Of a DNA stretch of 64,000 nucleotides, positions 1 to 10,484 are shown piece by piece (positions within the stretch are counted from its first letter, which is position 1; each line of letters opens with the position of its first letter). The stretch covers positions 139-64,138 of the forward strand of contig JACRBQ010000079.1 in the NCBI GenBank assembly GCA_016213135.1. Reading direction: 5' to 3'. The position numbers and the translations under genes are program-made. Under the pieces are notes generated by a model. The model did not search any database, was not told the DNA's origin, and was given only the letters and a program-made list of their open reading frames with translations. The DNA comes from Chloroflexota bacterium (GTDB lineage Bacteria; Chloroflexota; Anaerolineae; Anaerolineales; VGOW01).

Positions 1-7
1 CACGGTC

Positions 8-289
8 TCAGGCGGCTTCCACTTTTCTTAGATCGGGAAAGAACGGCTTGACGGTGCCCTCGATCCAGCCGTGTAGCGTGACCGGCGAGAGCGGGCAGTT
101 GACGCACGCGCCGGTCATTTTTACTTTGAGTGTGCGCCCGTCGAACGAGAGCATTTCAACCGCGCCGCCGTGAAAATGCTCGATGTAGGCGCTCAGCACC
201 TCGATGAGCGCGCGCATGCGCTCCTCATCCGAGGCGTTGACCGGGATATTGCGCAGGTCGGGCAGGGTGCTGAAGGTTGGGTTGGTCAT
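8..289 (-). CDS. NifU C-terminal domain (Nfu-type Fe-S scaffold) protein
   Basis: HGGAVE...MTGACVNCP CxxC motif; start moved to ATG 289 to avoid overlap with the USP gene. Confidence 0.85.
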   Translation of the reverse strand: MTNPTFSTLPDLRNIPVNASDEERMRALIEVLSAYIEHFHGGAVEMLSFDGRTLKVKMTGACVNCPLSPVTLHGWIEGTVKPFFPDLRKVEAA

Positions 290-312
290 GGCGGCGTTCT
301 CCGTTGAGTTGC

Positions 313-1230
313 TCAGTCCTGAGCGGGCAGCTTGCCGGGGCGCACCACCAGCATGGAGCGGGTGGTGTTGCGCAGCACTTTTTCGGTGATGCTGCCGTAG
401 ATCCAATGTTGCAGGCCGCTGCGCCCGTGAGTGGACATGGCGATCATATCGACGGGATGGTTGTCGATGTGGTTGAGGATGCCCGTGGCGGCGGAATCAT
501 GCAGCACAATGGTCGAAACGTCCAGCCCGGTGTCGCGCGCCGCGGCGGCCAGCCGGTTGAGGTAGGCCGCGGCGTCTTCGTGGATTTCTTCCTGCAGTCG
601 CATGCCCAGCCCGCGCTCAATCTCGTCGAGAGTCTGCGCATCCCTGGGGGTCACTTCAGGCACGGCGCGCAGCAGCGTCACCTGGCTGTGGAACCCGCGC
701 GCCACTTCCAGCGCCGGGGCCAGCGCGCGCTCCGAAAGCTCGGAGCCGTCGAGGGCCACAAGAATGCTCGACAGCGTTGCGGTGGAACGGATGACGAGCA
801 CCGGGCAAGGGGCAATGCTCAGCACGCGCTCGGCCACACTGCCCAGCATCCAGCGCGGCAGGCCCGAATAGCCGTGCGACGACATGACAATCAGATCGAC
901 CTTGTCCTTGGCGGCCAGGGTCACAATGGCATCGGCCACGTCGCCTTCGAGTACCTTGGTGGTGATGGCCAGCCGCGACTTGCCGCGGGCTGCCTGGATG
1001 TTCTGGAGATATTCCGTCGCCTCGGCGCGGGCTTCTTCCAAGGCCTGATCGGGCCACTGCACGCCGTAGCCGCCGTACAGGTACATATCCGGCACCAGTA
1101 TTTTTTCGGCGACGAGCACCCGCGCCACGATCATTTCACTTTCGGCGTGTTGCCCCAGGGTAAAGGCGGGCGCCAAAGCGCGTTCGGCCAATTTGGATCC
1201 GTCCAACGGCACCAGGATTTTGCTAAACAT
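313..1230 (-). CDS. Tandem-domain universal stress protein
   Basis: Two USP domains (ILVPLDGS...SHG...GSVAERV; ILVALDGS...THGRSG...GSITEKV). Confidence 0.93.
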   Translation of the reverse strand: MFSKILVPLDGSKLAERALAPAFTLGQHAESEMIVARVLVAEKILVPDMYLYGGYGVQWPDQALEEARAEATEYLQNIQAARGKSRLAITTKVLEGDVADAIVTLAAKDKVDLIVMSSHGYSGLPRWMLGSVAERVLSIAPCPVLVIRSTATLSSILVALDGSELSERALAPALEVARGFHSQVTLLRAVPEVTPRDAQTLDEIERGLGMRLQEEIHEDAAAYLNRLAAAARDTGLDVSTIVLHDSAATGILNHIDNHPVDMIAMSTHGRSGLQHWIYGSITEKVLRNTTRSMLVVRPGKLPAQD

Positions 1231-1361
1231 TGCGAGTTCCTTTCCGGGCACGGTGGAGCGTATGGCCCGTAATTAGATCATGCTAATTTTGGCTAAAATC
1301 GCACAGTGCCGGATGTAACGGAAACGGCGTGAAGTCCGGTGGGGATAAGCAGCCTGAGGAA

Positions 1362-3770
1362 TTACGTTTTTGCCGACCGAGGCAGGCCGGTTTGCGGGTC
1401 GGCGTTGGCGAGGCCGGTGAACTGCCACACTCGGGTGAGCGCCCACGCCAGCCATAGCCTTTGGCGAAGCCGTCGCCACAGGGTAACGGCTTGCGCGCGC
1501 TCGGCAAGACCGGGCGAGGCGGGGCTATAGAAGGCGCGGACGTATAGCTCGACGAGTTGGCGCACGTCTTCGCCGGCGTGGGTGCTCACGTCGAAGCCGA
1601 CGATCTGCGAGAGTTCGGCGAGGCGGTGGCGCAGGTGAGCGGCGAATTCGTACGGAGTGTCGCCGGGTTGGCTTGCGCCGGCCAGCCGCTGCGCGTGCCC
1701 CTGCAAACGGTGATAGGCATGGTCAATGGCCGCCGCCGGAGCCAGCCGCACCAGCCGCCAGCGGTCGATGGCAAAAGCTGCGAGCGCGCCCAGGGCCAGC
1801 ACCCCGGCGGCCCCCGTCAGCCAGCGCCCTGCAACACGCCAGCGCCCGGCTCGCCACGCGGCGGCGGCGTCCAGTGCCGCAGTCGAATCGGGAATGACCG
1901 GCAGCGCGGCTTCGCCGGGCCGCTCAATGGCCGGCTGGCCGGCGGTCGGTTCAAATTGCACCCAGCCATAGCCCGGAAAATAAATTTCGGGCCACGAATG
2001 CGCGTCGGCCTCGGTGACGATGTAGCGGGCGCTGGCGGCATCGTACGCGCCGGAGGCGTAACCTACCACGAGGCGGGCAGGCAGCCCGGCGGCGCGGGCC
2101 AGCACCACCATCGAAGTGGCGTAGTAGTCGCAGTAGCCGCGTTTGAGGCTGAAGAGGAAGTAGTCGGCAATGTCGCGGTCGGGGGGCGGGGCGGGCAAGT
2201 CCAACGTGTAGCGGAATAGGCGCAGGTAGGATTCGATGGCGCGGGCGCGGTCATAGGGCATGGGCGCGGTGACGGTGAGGTCGTAGGCCAGTTGGTGCAC
2301 GCGCAGAGGCACTTCTTCGGGTAGAGCGAGATAGCGAGTCTTGACCCAGTCGGGGTAGTCGCTGCCCGCCTGGCGCAAGCTGGATTCGGTGAACACCGGC
2401 AGCCACGACACGGCGCGATAGGCGGGGGCTTCGAGTGTTGCGCCAAACAGGTCTTCGGGCGAGCGCCAGGCCCCGCGGTAGTCGTGGTCGGCGGTGAGCA
2501 GCGTGCCGGTGGCGTAGAGCAGCGTGCCCAGGTCTTCCACGGCAGTCACCTGTTGTTCCACGGCCCGGTAAGCAACGGCCTCGATGGGCTGAACGTTGTC
2601 GCCGGCGCGATAGTCCACCGGCGTCAGCGCGCCGCTGGCCAGCCAGCCGCGCCCGGTGTAGCGGTCATAGGTGGTGCTGCGCCAGTAGTAGCGCGGCGGC
2701 GGGTTTTCTTTGAGAGCCGCGGGCTGGGGGTTGGGCGGCAGGTCGCCGGTGCTGATAAGCATGACGACGTCGTGCGATAGCTCGGGGCCGGAGCCGATGA
2801 GGTGGCCTCGGGGCAGGCCGGGAGAGCGCACAATGTCGAACACATCGGCGCGAGTGGGCAGCGTCTGCAGGCCGAGCGATTGCGGCAGCACGGGGTCGCG
2901 GTTGACGCCGGCTTTGCGCGTGTATTTATTGGCCAGCTCCACGAGGTCTTTCCACGAAATGGATGGCGCGGCGGCGGCGGCGAGCACCAGCGCGATCACC
3001 AACGGGATGACGATCAGAGCGCTGTCGCGCCGCGCTTCATCGAAGTAATCGATGCGCTGGGCTTGCCAGTATTGCTCGCGCTCGTTGAAGGCAATGAAGC
3101 TCAAGAGCAGCAGAGTGGCAGCCAGCAAAAGGGTCAGCATGTTGATCCCGCCGCCGGTGTAGAACGCTACTGTCGACAGCAGGGCAAGGGCCGGGACCAC
3201 GGCTTGCAGGGGCCGACGGCCCCCGCGTACTGCCCACCCGGCCCACACCGCCACGGCCCATACGGCAGCATTCCACACCAGGGCAACGGCCACCGGGTCG
3301 TAAGCAGTTTTGCCCTCGGCCACCGACACCAGCCACACGAGCAAGCGCACGAACAGTGTCTCGATCCCGATAAGCAGGGTGTTGAGTGGATTGAGCAACG
3401 GGGCCATGTCCGGCCAGCCTGCCGCCTGCCACGGCCAAAAGGCCATGGCCAGCGCCGCCTGCCCAACGGTGGCAAGTTCATCACCGAGTTGGCCCACCAC
3501 CACTAAGGTGATTGCCAGGCCCAGCCCAACGGCGCACAGAGTCGCCAGCCACGACGGGCGCACTGCCAGCCGCGCCAGCCACCAGCCCGCCAGCAGAGCC
3601 AGCACCGCCACGCCCATCAGCCGCCCCACATCCAGCCCGCGCACCACCGCGCCCAATCCGTGGGTCACGCTATAAAGCGCCGCGTAAAGCAGCAGCAGCG
3701 CGGGCACGGTCTGCGAGCCGACCTGCCGGGCCAGCCGCTGCACGGGAGTAGCGTAGGCCGGATTGTTCAT
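1362..3770 (-). CDS. Membrane transglutaminase-like protein (TgpA/DUF3488-type)
   Basis: N-terminal TM helices; GYCDYYA, AHSWPE and FEPT catalytic-type motifs; ATGA overlap with DUF58 stop. Confidence 0.9.
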   Translation of the reverse strand: MNNPAYATPVQRLARQVGSQTVPALLLLYAALYSVTHGLGAVVRGLDVGRLMGVAVLALLAGWWLARLAVRPSWLATLCAVGLGLAITLVVVGQLGDELATVGQAALAMAFWPWQAAGWPDMAPLLNPLNTLLIGIETLFVRLLVWLVSVAEGKTAYDPVAVALVWNAAVWAVAVWAGWAVRGGRRPLQAVVPALALLSTVAFYTGGGINMLTLLLAATLLLLSFIAFNEREQYWQAQRIDYFDEARRDSALIVIPLVIALVLAAAAAPSISWKDLVELANKYTRKAGVNRDPVLPQSLGLQTLPTRADVFDIVRSPGLPRGHLIGSGPELSHDVVMLISTGDLPPNPQPAALKENPPPRYYWRSTTYDRYTGRGWLASGALTPVDYRAGDNVQPIEAVAYRAVEQQVTAVEDLGTLLYATGTLLTADHDYRGAWRSPEDLFGATLEAPAYRAVSWLPVFTESSLRQAGSDYPDWVKTRYLALPEEVPLRVHQLAYDLTVTAPMPYDRARAIESYLRLFRYTLDLPAPPPDRDIADYFLFSLKRGYCDYYATSMVVLARAAGLPARLVVGYASGAYDAASARYIVTEADAHSWPEIYFPGYGWVQFEPTAGQPAIERPGEAALPVIPDSTAALDAAAAWRAGRWRVAGRWLTGAAGVLALGALAAFAIDRWRLVRLAPAAAIDHAYHRLQGHAQRLAGASQPGDTPYEFAAHLRHRLAELSQIVGFDVSTHAGEDVRQLVELYVRAFYSPASPGLAERAQAVTLWRRLRQRLWLAWALTRVWQFTGLANADPQTGLPRSAKT

Positions 3771-5056
3771 GCCAGTCCCCTCCACTCTCCGCTCGGCCTC
3801 GGCGGGCCTACCGGCACGGCCTTGCCGGTGGGCATGATGCGCCACTCGCGCTGGCCGGGGCGCGCCTTCGGGCGGTCGAGCATCGAGCGGCTAATCAAGT
3901 AGTGCGTTACGCCGAGGTCGGCCAGCAGGCCGACGACGGGGGCGGCAGCGGGCGCGCCCGGCCCGCCAAACGAGGCCGGGTCCAGCAGCAGCACCGTGCA
4001 CACCACGCCGCGCTCTTTGAGCGGGGCCATCGCTTCGATCCACCGGCTGTCGAGCGAGGGGGTGATGACGATGAGACTGGGCAGTTGTTTGAAGGTGGGC
4101 CGCACGCGGTCTAACAACGCGAAAAGCGGCTGTTTGCCGGGATGGACGAGCGCCAGTGCGCGCATGATTTCCCATCGTTGACTGTTGCCCGGCCGAGGCG
4201 GCAGCCACACCAGTTGTTGCCCGTGGGCCACCAGCCCCACGGCCCGGTCGGCGCGCAAGCCTCTATCGGCCAACGAGGCGGCCAAAATCACCCCGTGCTC
4301 CTCGGTGGAATCTTTTCCTTTCCCCAACTGAGCTTTGGCCTCCAAATCCAAAAATATCCACCAGTCGCCGGAGGGGGTGTTGTCGAACAGGCGCACGAAG
4401 AGCGACTCGCGCCGGGCCGAGGTGGGCCAGTGGATGTGCCGCAGGCTGTCGCCGGGGACGTAATCGCGCACGCCGCTGGTGGTTACGGCGCGCTCAAGCG
4501 TGTTGACGCTCAGGTGGCCCTCGTCGGCGCGTCCGCCGGGGGCCACGTCAATGGTGGGCAGCGGCACCACCGGCGGCATCACCATGAGGGTGGACGAGGA
4601 GGGATATTCGGTCGTGATCGTGTAGACGCCGAACGGGTCGCCGGTGCGCACGGTGGTGGGGCCGATGGTGAACACGCCGCGCTGGTTGCAGATGCTCTCG
4701 GTGTACCACTGCCACTTGTTGAGGCCGCTCACGCCGATGACGCGGCTGGCGCGGCTGTCGGGCAGGGTGGAGTGATCGATAATCTCCACCCACAGGCCGG
4801 GGGCCGGGCCGCGGTTGATCAGCGAGAAGCGCTCTTGCATCCAGTCGCCCACTTGCCTCCAGCCGAGGCGCATCTCGCGGGTGAGGCGCAGGCCGCGCGC
4901 CAGCGAGAGCGCCCACACTGTGCTGATGAGCCACACGCCGCCCAACCCCACCAGCAGAATCTTCCAGCCGTCAAAGGGGAAGGCCGACTGAATCGCCAGC
5001 AGAAGGATCACCAGCGCGGGCAGAAGGCGGGAGTTGAGCTTGATGGTGGGTTTCAT
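3767..5056 (-). CDS. DUF58 domain protein
   Basis: GDPFG and VRDYVPGDSLRHIHWPTSAR motifs; lies in the MoxR operon. Confidence 0.92.
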   Translation of the reverse strand: MKPTIKLNSRLLPALVILLLAIQSAFPFDGWKILLVGLGGVWLISTVWALSLARGLRLTREMRLGWRQVGDWMQERFSLINRGPAPGLWVEIIDHSTLPDSRASRVIGVSGLNKWQWYTESICNQRGVFTIGPTTVRTGDPFGVYTITTEYPSSSTLMVMPPVVPLPTIDVAPGGRADEGHLSVNTLERAVTTSGVRDYVPGDSLRHIHWPTSARRESLFVRLFDNTPSGDWWIFLDLEAKAQLGKGKDSTEEHGVILAASLADRGLRADRAVGLVAHGQQLVWLPPRPGNSQRWEIMRALALVHPGKQPLFALLDRVRPTFKQLPSLIVITPSLDSRWIEAMAPLKERGVVCTVLLLDPASFGGPGAPAAAPVVGLLADLGVTHYLISRSMLDRPKARPGQREWRIMPTGKAVPVGPPRPSGEWRGLA

Positions 5057-5087
5057 AGCGGTTTGGCGAACCGGCGCCGACCCGGTT

Positions 5088-6038
5088 CTATGGCTTGTAC
5101 TCGCCGCCCGGCACGGGCACTTTGGTCACCAGTTCTTGCACCACGCGCTCGGCGGTTAGTTCGCGCAGGCGCGCGCCCGGGGACAGGATGATGCGGTGCG
5201 CCAGCACGGCGGCGGCCAGCGCCTTCACGTCGTCGGGCAGCACGTAGTCGCGCCCGTGAATGGCGGCCCGGGCTTGCCCGGCCCGGTAGAGGGCCAGGCT
5301 GCCGCGCGGGCTGGCTCCCAAATATACCTCGCTGTGCCCCCGCGTGTTGCGAGTCAGGTCCACGGCATAGCGCTTCACCGCCGAAGCCACGTGCACCTCG
5401 CGCACCTCCGTTTGGGCTTTGGATAATTCATCCACCGAGGCCACCCCTGCCAACTCTTCAAACGGGTGGCGGAACTGCTGGCGCTCCAGCACGTTAATCT
5501 CCTCCTCCGCGCCCGGATAGCCCAACCGCACCCGCAGCAAAAACCGATCCAACTGCGCCTCGGGCAGCGGAAAGGTGCCCTCGTGCTCGATGGGATTCTG
5601 CGTGGCCAGCACCATGAACGGCCGGGGCAGCATGTGCGTCACCCCGTCCACCGTGGTCTGCCGCTCCTCCATCGCCTCCAGCAGCGCCGATTGTGTTTTG
5701 GGTGTGGCGCGGTTGATCTCGTCGGCCAGCACGATCTGCGCCATCAGCGGCCCGGCGCGATATTCAAAGTGGCGCGACTCCTGGTTGAAGATGGACACGC
5801 CGGTCACGTCGCTGGGCAGCATATCGGGTGTGAACTGGATGCGGCTGAACGAGCAGCCGAGCGAGCGAGCCAGGCTGCGGGCCAGCATGGTTTTGCCCAC
5901 GCCCGGCACGTCTTCGATGAGCAGGTGCCCTTGCGACAGCAGGCCGATGAGGGCCAGCTCCACGGCATCCTGCTTGCCGACGATGACGCGCTCGATGTTG
6001 GCGGCGAGACGCTGGGCAAAGGGTTGGACAGAGGACAC
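5088..6038 (-). CDS. moxR: MoxR family AAA+ ATPase
   Basis: [41 protein letters not shown]; GTG start with upstream GGAG. Confidence 0.95.
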   Translation of the reverse strand: MSSVQPFAQRLAANIERVIVGKQDAVELALIGLLSQGHLLIEDVPGVGKTMLARSLARSLGCSFSRIQFTPDMLPSDVTGVSIFNQESRHFEYRAGPLMAQIVLADEINRATPKTQSALLEAMEERQTTVDGVTHMLPRPFMVLATQNPIEHEGTFPLPEAQLDRFLLRVRLGYPGAEEEINVLERQQFRHPFEELAGVASVDELSKAQTEVREVHVASAVKRYAVDLTRNTRGHSEVYLGASPRGSLALYRAGQARAAIHGRDYVLPDDVKALAAAVLAHRIILSPGARLRELTAERVVQELVTKVPVPGGEYKP

Positions 6039-6230
6039 GAGGACTCTCCAGTGAATGAGGGTGGCGCGAATGATAACACGGTCTCGCCGGGCGGGACTCG
6101 CCGTCGTCTGCTTTGGCTGCTGACGCGCGGTATCGGCCATAAAGGATTCGGCCTACTCAAAGTTGAACACGCCCTGCGGGCGGTGTTGTCCATCCACTCT
6201 ATTCGTGATACAGTCGTCGCAGAGGATGAC

Positions 6231-6305
6231 ATGACCCGACTTGCTGCTTCCATTCTCTGCGGGCAATTCGCGAATCGCCCTTACGCTTTCGGTGGGATGA
6301 CATGA
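6231..6305 (+). other. 24-codon uORF, degenerate duplicate of the rpe 5' end
   Basis: MTRLAASILCGQFA versus Rpe MTQLAPSILSADFA; both preceded by GGATGAC; its stop overlaps the rpe ATG. Confidence 0.55.
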
Positions 6306-6973
6306 CCCAACTCGCCCCTTCCATTCTCTCTGCCGACTTTGCCCGGCTGGCCGACCACGCCCGCGAGGCGCTGGCTGCCGGGGCGCATTGGCTGCACGTG
6401 GACGTGATGGACGGGCACTTCGTCCCCAACCTCACCATTGGCCCGCTGGTCGTGGCGGCCCTGCGCCCGCTCCGCGACGAGATGCGCTCCGTGCTGGATG
6501 TGCATTTGATGATCGAGGCCCCCGACCGCTATCTGGCCGACTTTGCCCGCGCCGGGGCCGACCACCTCACCGTGCATGTGGAGGCCTGCCCGCATTTGCA
6601 TCGCACCGTGCAGGCCATCAAAGAACTGGGCCTCAAAGCGGGCGTGGCCCTCAACCCGGCTACCCCGCTCGTCACACTGGAAGAAATATTGCCCGACGTG
6701 GATCTGGTGCTGGTGATGACTGTGAACCCCGGCTTCGGCGGCCAGCGCTACATCCCCGGCAGCACCGACAAAATTCGCCGCGCGCGGCAAATGCTCACCC
6801 GCGTCGGCTCGCCCGCGTGGCTGCAAGTGGACGGCGGCATCACTCCGGCCACTGCGCCCGAAGCCGCGCAGGCCGGGGCCACCGTGCTGGTGGCGGGCAG
6901 CGCCGTGTTTGGCGGCCCGGCCGGCGTGGCCCAAAATGTGGCCGCGCTGCAAAAAGCCGTCGGGTTGGCATAG
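6302..6973 (+). CDS. rpe: Ribulose-phosphate 3-epimerase
   Basis: APSILSADF, HVDVMDGHFVPN, DVHLM, MTVNPGFGGQ, VDGGI. Confidence 0.97.
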   Translation: MTQLAPSILSADFARLADHAREALAAGAHWLHVDVMDGHFVPNLTIGPLVVAALRPLRDEMRSVLDVHLMIEAPDRYLADFARAGADHLTVHVEACPHLHRTVQAIKELGLKAGVALNPATPLVTLEEILPDVDLVLVMTVNPGFGGQRYIPGSTDKIRRARQMLTRVGSPAWLQVDGGITPATAPEAAQAGATVLVAGSAVFGGPAGVAQNVAALQKAVGLA

Positions 6974-7005
6974 AAGAGTGCGCAGTGCTGCTACTCCGGT
7001 GAAGC

Positions 7006-8526
7006 ATGGCTGCTGACGCATACGCAAGAACCCTGCACAACATTACTCTGGGCCTGCTGGCCCGCCGTGATTTGGGTGAGCTATTGGAAAACGTCATCTC
7101 GTCCGCCGGGCAGATTGCCCACACGACGAATGTCTATATTGCTCTGGTGGACGAGGAGACAAACCTTATCAGGCCCATGGTAACGATGGGCGTTTTCCGC
7201 GATCAGACCCTGAGTTCGTTGAAATCGGGCGAAGGTTTATCGGGCAGGGTTTGGCAAAGCGGCGCGCCGCTGATGGTGAAAGACTACGATTCCTGGGAGG
7301 GGCGGCTCCCCTCGTTTAGCCTCGGCGTTATTCAATCCATTGTGGGCATCCCGCTAAAATCCGACGCGCGGACCATAGGGGTTCTGGGGCTGGCTCACGA
7401 TCGCCAATCACAGCGGGTGTTCAGTCAGGAGGAGATCGAGCTGCTGAGTCAATTTGCCGCGCTGGCAACCCTGACGATTGAAAACGTCCGCCTGTCCCAG
7501 TCCGCGACTCAAGCTGCCGACCGCCGGGCCATTCTCTATCGAGCCAGCCAGGAGGTGAGCGCCGGCCTGGACATCGAGCAGGTGTGCGCGGCCGTCCATC
7601 GCGCCGTGCAACAGGTGATGCCGTGCGAGGATTTCATTGTTGCCTTTTACGACGAAGCGCGCCACGAGATCATCCCGGCGTATATTATCGAAACGCCCCG
7701 GCGCCGGGTGACGGCGCCGCCCTACGCCGCCGACCGCGGGCTGGGCGGGCATATCGTCCGCACCGGCCAGTCGGTGCGGCTCAACAGCCCCGAGCAGATA
7801 CTTTCGAGCGGGATCGTGTTTATGCCGTATGGCAACGGCCCCGTGACTTCCTCGGTGCTGGGGGTGCCGATGTGGCTCAAAGGAAGGATCGTCGGCATGT
7901 TATCGGCCCAGAGCTACCAGCCACAGGCCTATTCGGCTGACGATCAGGAATTGCTGGAAATGCTCGCCGCCCACGCCGCCGTGGCATTCGACAACGCGCG
8001 GCTATTTGCCGAAACCCAGTTCCTGGCCATCACCGACTCGTTGACGGAGGCGTTTAACCGGCGCCACCTTCTCGCTCTCGCGGAGCGCGAATTCGAGCGC
8101 GCTCGCCGTTACACGCGCCCGCTTTCACTGATCATGCTGGATGTGGACGACTTCAAGAAGATCAACGACACCTTTGGGCATCAGATGGGCGATCGTGTGC
8201 TGCAAATCGTCGCAAAACGATGCCGCCAGGTGCTGCGCGAGGTGGACATTTTTGGGCGCTACGGCGGCGATGAATTTGCCATCGTGCTGCCGGAAACCGA
8301 CATCGCGCGGGCGCAACTCATAGCCAGGCGGCTTTGCCGGCAATTCGTCAGGGCGGAAACGGATCCGAACCAGACCACAGCGGCGGGCGTCACCGTCAGT
8401 GTGGGCATGGCTTTCCTGGACCCCACGTGTTCCAATTTGGAAGTGTTGTTGGGCCGCGCCGATCAGGCCCTGTACGCCGCCAAGCAGGCCGGCAGGAACC
8501 GGGTCAGCATTTGGAGGGCCGTGTAA
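7006..8526 (+). CDS. Diguanylate cyclase with two GAF domains
   Basis: Two GAF repeats; DVDDFKKINDTFGH; RxxD I-site (REVD); YGGDEF. Confidence 0.93.
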   Translation: MAADAYARTLHNITLGLLARRDLGELLENVISSAGQIAHTTNVYIALVDEETNLIRPMVTMGVFRDQTLSSLKSGEGLSGRVWQSGAPLMVKDYDSWEGRLPSFSLGVIQSIVGIPLKSDARTIGVLGLAHDRQSQRVFSQEEIELLSQFAALATLTIENVRLSQSATQAADRRAILYRASQEVSAGLDIEQVCAAVHRAVQQVMPCEDFIVAFYDEARHEIIPAYIIETPRRRVTAPPYAADRGLGGHIVRTGQSVRLNSPEQILSSGIVFMPYGNGPVTSSVLGVPMWLKGRIVGMLSAQSYQPQAYSADDQELLEMLAAHAAVAFDNARLFAETQFLAITDSLTEAFNRRHLLALAEREFERARRYTRPLSLIMLDVDDFKKINDTFGHQMGDRVLQIVAKRCRQVLREVDIFGRYGGDEFAIVLPETDIARAQLIARRLCRQFVRAETDPNQTTAAGVTVSVGMAFLDPTCSNLEVLLGRADQALYAAKQAGRNRVSIWRAV

Positions 8527-8617
8527 CCGTCGGCGGCGAATTCAACCGCGCCGCCGGCCGCTGTGGCCTTACACGTGGCCGCGCTGAAAAGGCGGTTGAG
8601 GGGCGTAAAATATCTCC

Positions 8618-9499
8618 ATGCCAAAACATCCACTCGCTGAAGTCTTCGGGTTTCCGCCCGACAGCTCTACGCCGGAAGCCAAACGCGCGCGCAAGAATCG
8701 ACTCTGCCCTTACAACAACCGCGTCCCCTCTTGCACGAAGGACAAGGCCAACGACCCGCTTGGCGTCTGCACAATTCACGACGGCGACGAACTGGCAATT
8801 ACCTGCCCCATTCGCTTTCGGCAAGATTGGCTTATTGCCGAGCACGCGGCGGCCTTTTTCTTTCCGGGGGATAGCCGGTGGACTACGCTCACTGAAGTCC
8901 GACTTGAGGACCGCAACGGCAAATCGGCGGGCAACATTGACGTGGTTTTGGTTGCCTATGATGACAACGGGCGGTTGCTGGACTTTGGCTCGCTGGAAGT
9001 CCAAGCGGTTTACATCTCCGGTAATATCCGTCAGCCATTCGAGCAGTATATGAAATCGCCGGAGAAGATTCGGAAATTCGATTGGTCAGGCAGCAGACTA
9101 TACCCTCGTGCAGATTATCTTTCCTCGTCTCGAAAACGACTCGCGCCGCAATTGATTTTCAAGGGAGGCATTCTGCACTCATGGGGCAAGAAGCAGGCGA
9201 TTGCCTTGCACAGCGGTTTCTATAGAACCTTGCCTAAACTCCCCGAAGTCAAACCCGATAAAGCCGACATCGCCTGGCTCATCTACGACTTGCGACTCGA
9301 CGCAACTCGTCACCGCTACAACCTGACTCTGTCGGACACCGTGTATACCGCGTTCAAACCCGCATTGGATAGAATCACCGTGCCCGAACCCGGCCTTATG
9401 GCCTCATTCATCGAACATCTGCAGAGCAAACTCGACGAAAAACTGGACGACGGCAATCCGCCCGACGCGCCCACACTCAACGATTTGTTCGAGTCATAA
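8618..9499 (+). CDS. NotI-family restriction endonuclease
   Basis: N-terminal 4-Cys cluster (CPY, CTK, VCT, TCP); GNID...EVQAVY PD-(D/E)xK-like core; coupled to a methyltransferase. Confidence 0.8.
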   Translation: MPKHPLAEVFGFPPDSSTPEAKRARKNRLCPYNNRVPSCTKDKANDPLGVCTIHDGDELAITCPIRFRQDWLIAEHAAAFFFPGDSRWTTLTEVRLEDRNGKSAGNIDVVLVAYDDNGRLLDFGSLEVQAVYISGNIRQPFEQYMKSPEKIRKFDWSGSRLYPRADYLSSSRKRLAPQLIFKGGILHSWGKKQAIALHSGFYRTLPKLPEVKPDKADIAWLIYDLRLDATRHRYNLTLSDTVYTAFKPALDRITVPEPGLMASFIEHLQSKLDEKLDDGNPPDAPTLNDLFES

Positions 9500-10383
9500 T
9501 GGCCCCCACGCAACTCTCCTTCTTTGAATCGCCGCCGAGCGGTCGAATAGTCAACGTGGCTTCCGTGCCGCAACGAAGCCCCTTCCGCTATCCCGGCGGC
9601 AAGACGTGGTTGGTGCCAACGATCCGCCAGTGGCTGTCGAGCCTGCCCGCCCGCCCCAATGAGTTTATCGAGCCTTTCGCCGGCGGCGCGATTGCGAGTC
9701 TGACCGTAGCGTTTGAACAACGGGCCGATCACGTCACGATGGTGGAGCTTGACGGGCAAGTAGCCGCAGTGTGGCAGGCTATTTTGGGAGAACACGGCCA
9801 CTGGCTTGCCGACCGGATTGCCACTTTTCAAATGACACCGGCCAATGTCGAGACCGTCTTGTCCGAATCGGCTCGCAGCATCCCCAAGCGGGCCTTTCAA
9901 ACGATCCTCAAGAATCGCGTGAACCGTGGCGGCATTCTCGCTCCGGGGGCGGGCAAGGTAAAAAATGGCGAAGCGGGAAAAGGACTGAATTCCCGCTGGT
10001 ATCCGGCCACGCTCAAAAAGCGCATCGTTGACATTGTGGCAATACGCGACGGCATCACTTTCATCCACGGCGACGGCCTCGCGGTCATGCGGCAGAACGC
10101 CGGCCGGGCGGATGCCGTATTCTTCATCGACCCGCCGTACACCGCTGGCGGAAAGCGCGCCGGGAGCCGGTTGTATTTGCACTCAGAGTTGGACCATCGG
10201 GAATTGTTCAGCGTGGCCGGTGAACTCGCCGGCGATTTTTTGATGACCTACGACGACGCGCCTGAAGTGCGCGCCCTCGCTCGGAAGCACGGATTCGATA
10301 TTCACACCGTCCCCATGAAAAACACGCACCACGCCGAAATGATGGAGTTGCTCATTGGACGCAACCTCGATTGGGCGCGGTAG
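9499..10383 (+). CDS. DNA adenine methyltransferase (Dam/D12 class)
   Basis: RYPGGK, EPFAGG (motif I), DPPY (motif IV); TAATG overlap with the REase. Confidence 0.9.
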   Translation: MAPTQLSFFESPPSGRIVNVASVPQRSPFRYPGGKTWLVPTIRQWLSSLPARPNEFIEPFAGGAIASLTVAFEQRADHVTMVELDGQVAAVWQAILGEHGHWLADRIATFQMTPANVETVLSESARSIPKRAFQTILKNRVNRGGILAPGAGKVKNGEAGKGLNSRWYPATLKKRIVDIVAIRDGITFIHGDGLAVMRQNAGRADAVFFIDPPYTAGGKRAGSRLYLHSELDHRELFSVAGELAGDFLMTYDDAPEVRALARKHGFDIHTVPMKNTHHAEMMELLIGRNLDWAR

Positions 10384-10484
10384 CGCACGCCGGCGGCACA
10401 GGTCGCCGCGCTGATTCCCGTCGGCCGGAAGATGAGAGGCCTCCCGGAGAGAGGCTATAATGCTGGCGATAGAGGAGGTGTCCC

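Noticed and set aside
1271-1288. AATTAG-N6-CTAATT palindrome upstream of the USP gene
   Set aside because: Short, AT-rich and single; cannot be assigned to a regulator.
1362-6038. MoxR-DUF58-transglutaminase triad as a novel system
   Set aside because: A widespread, already described gene arrangement.
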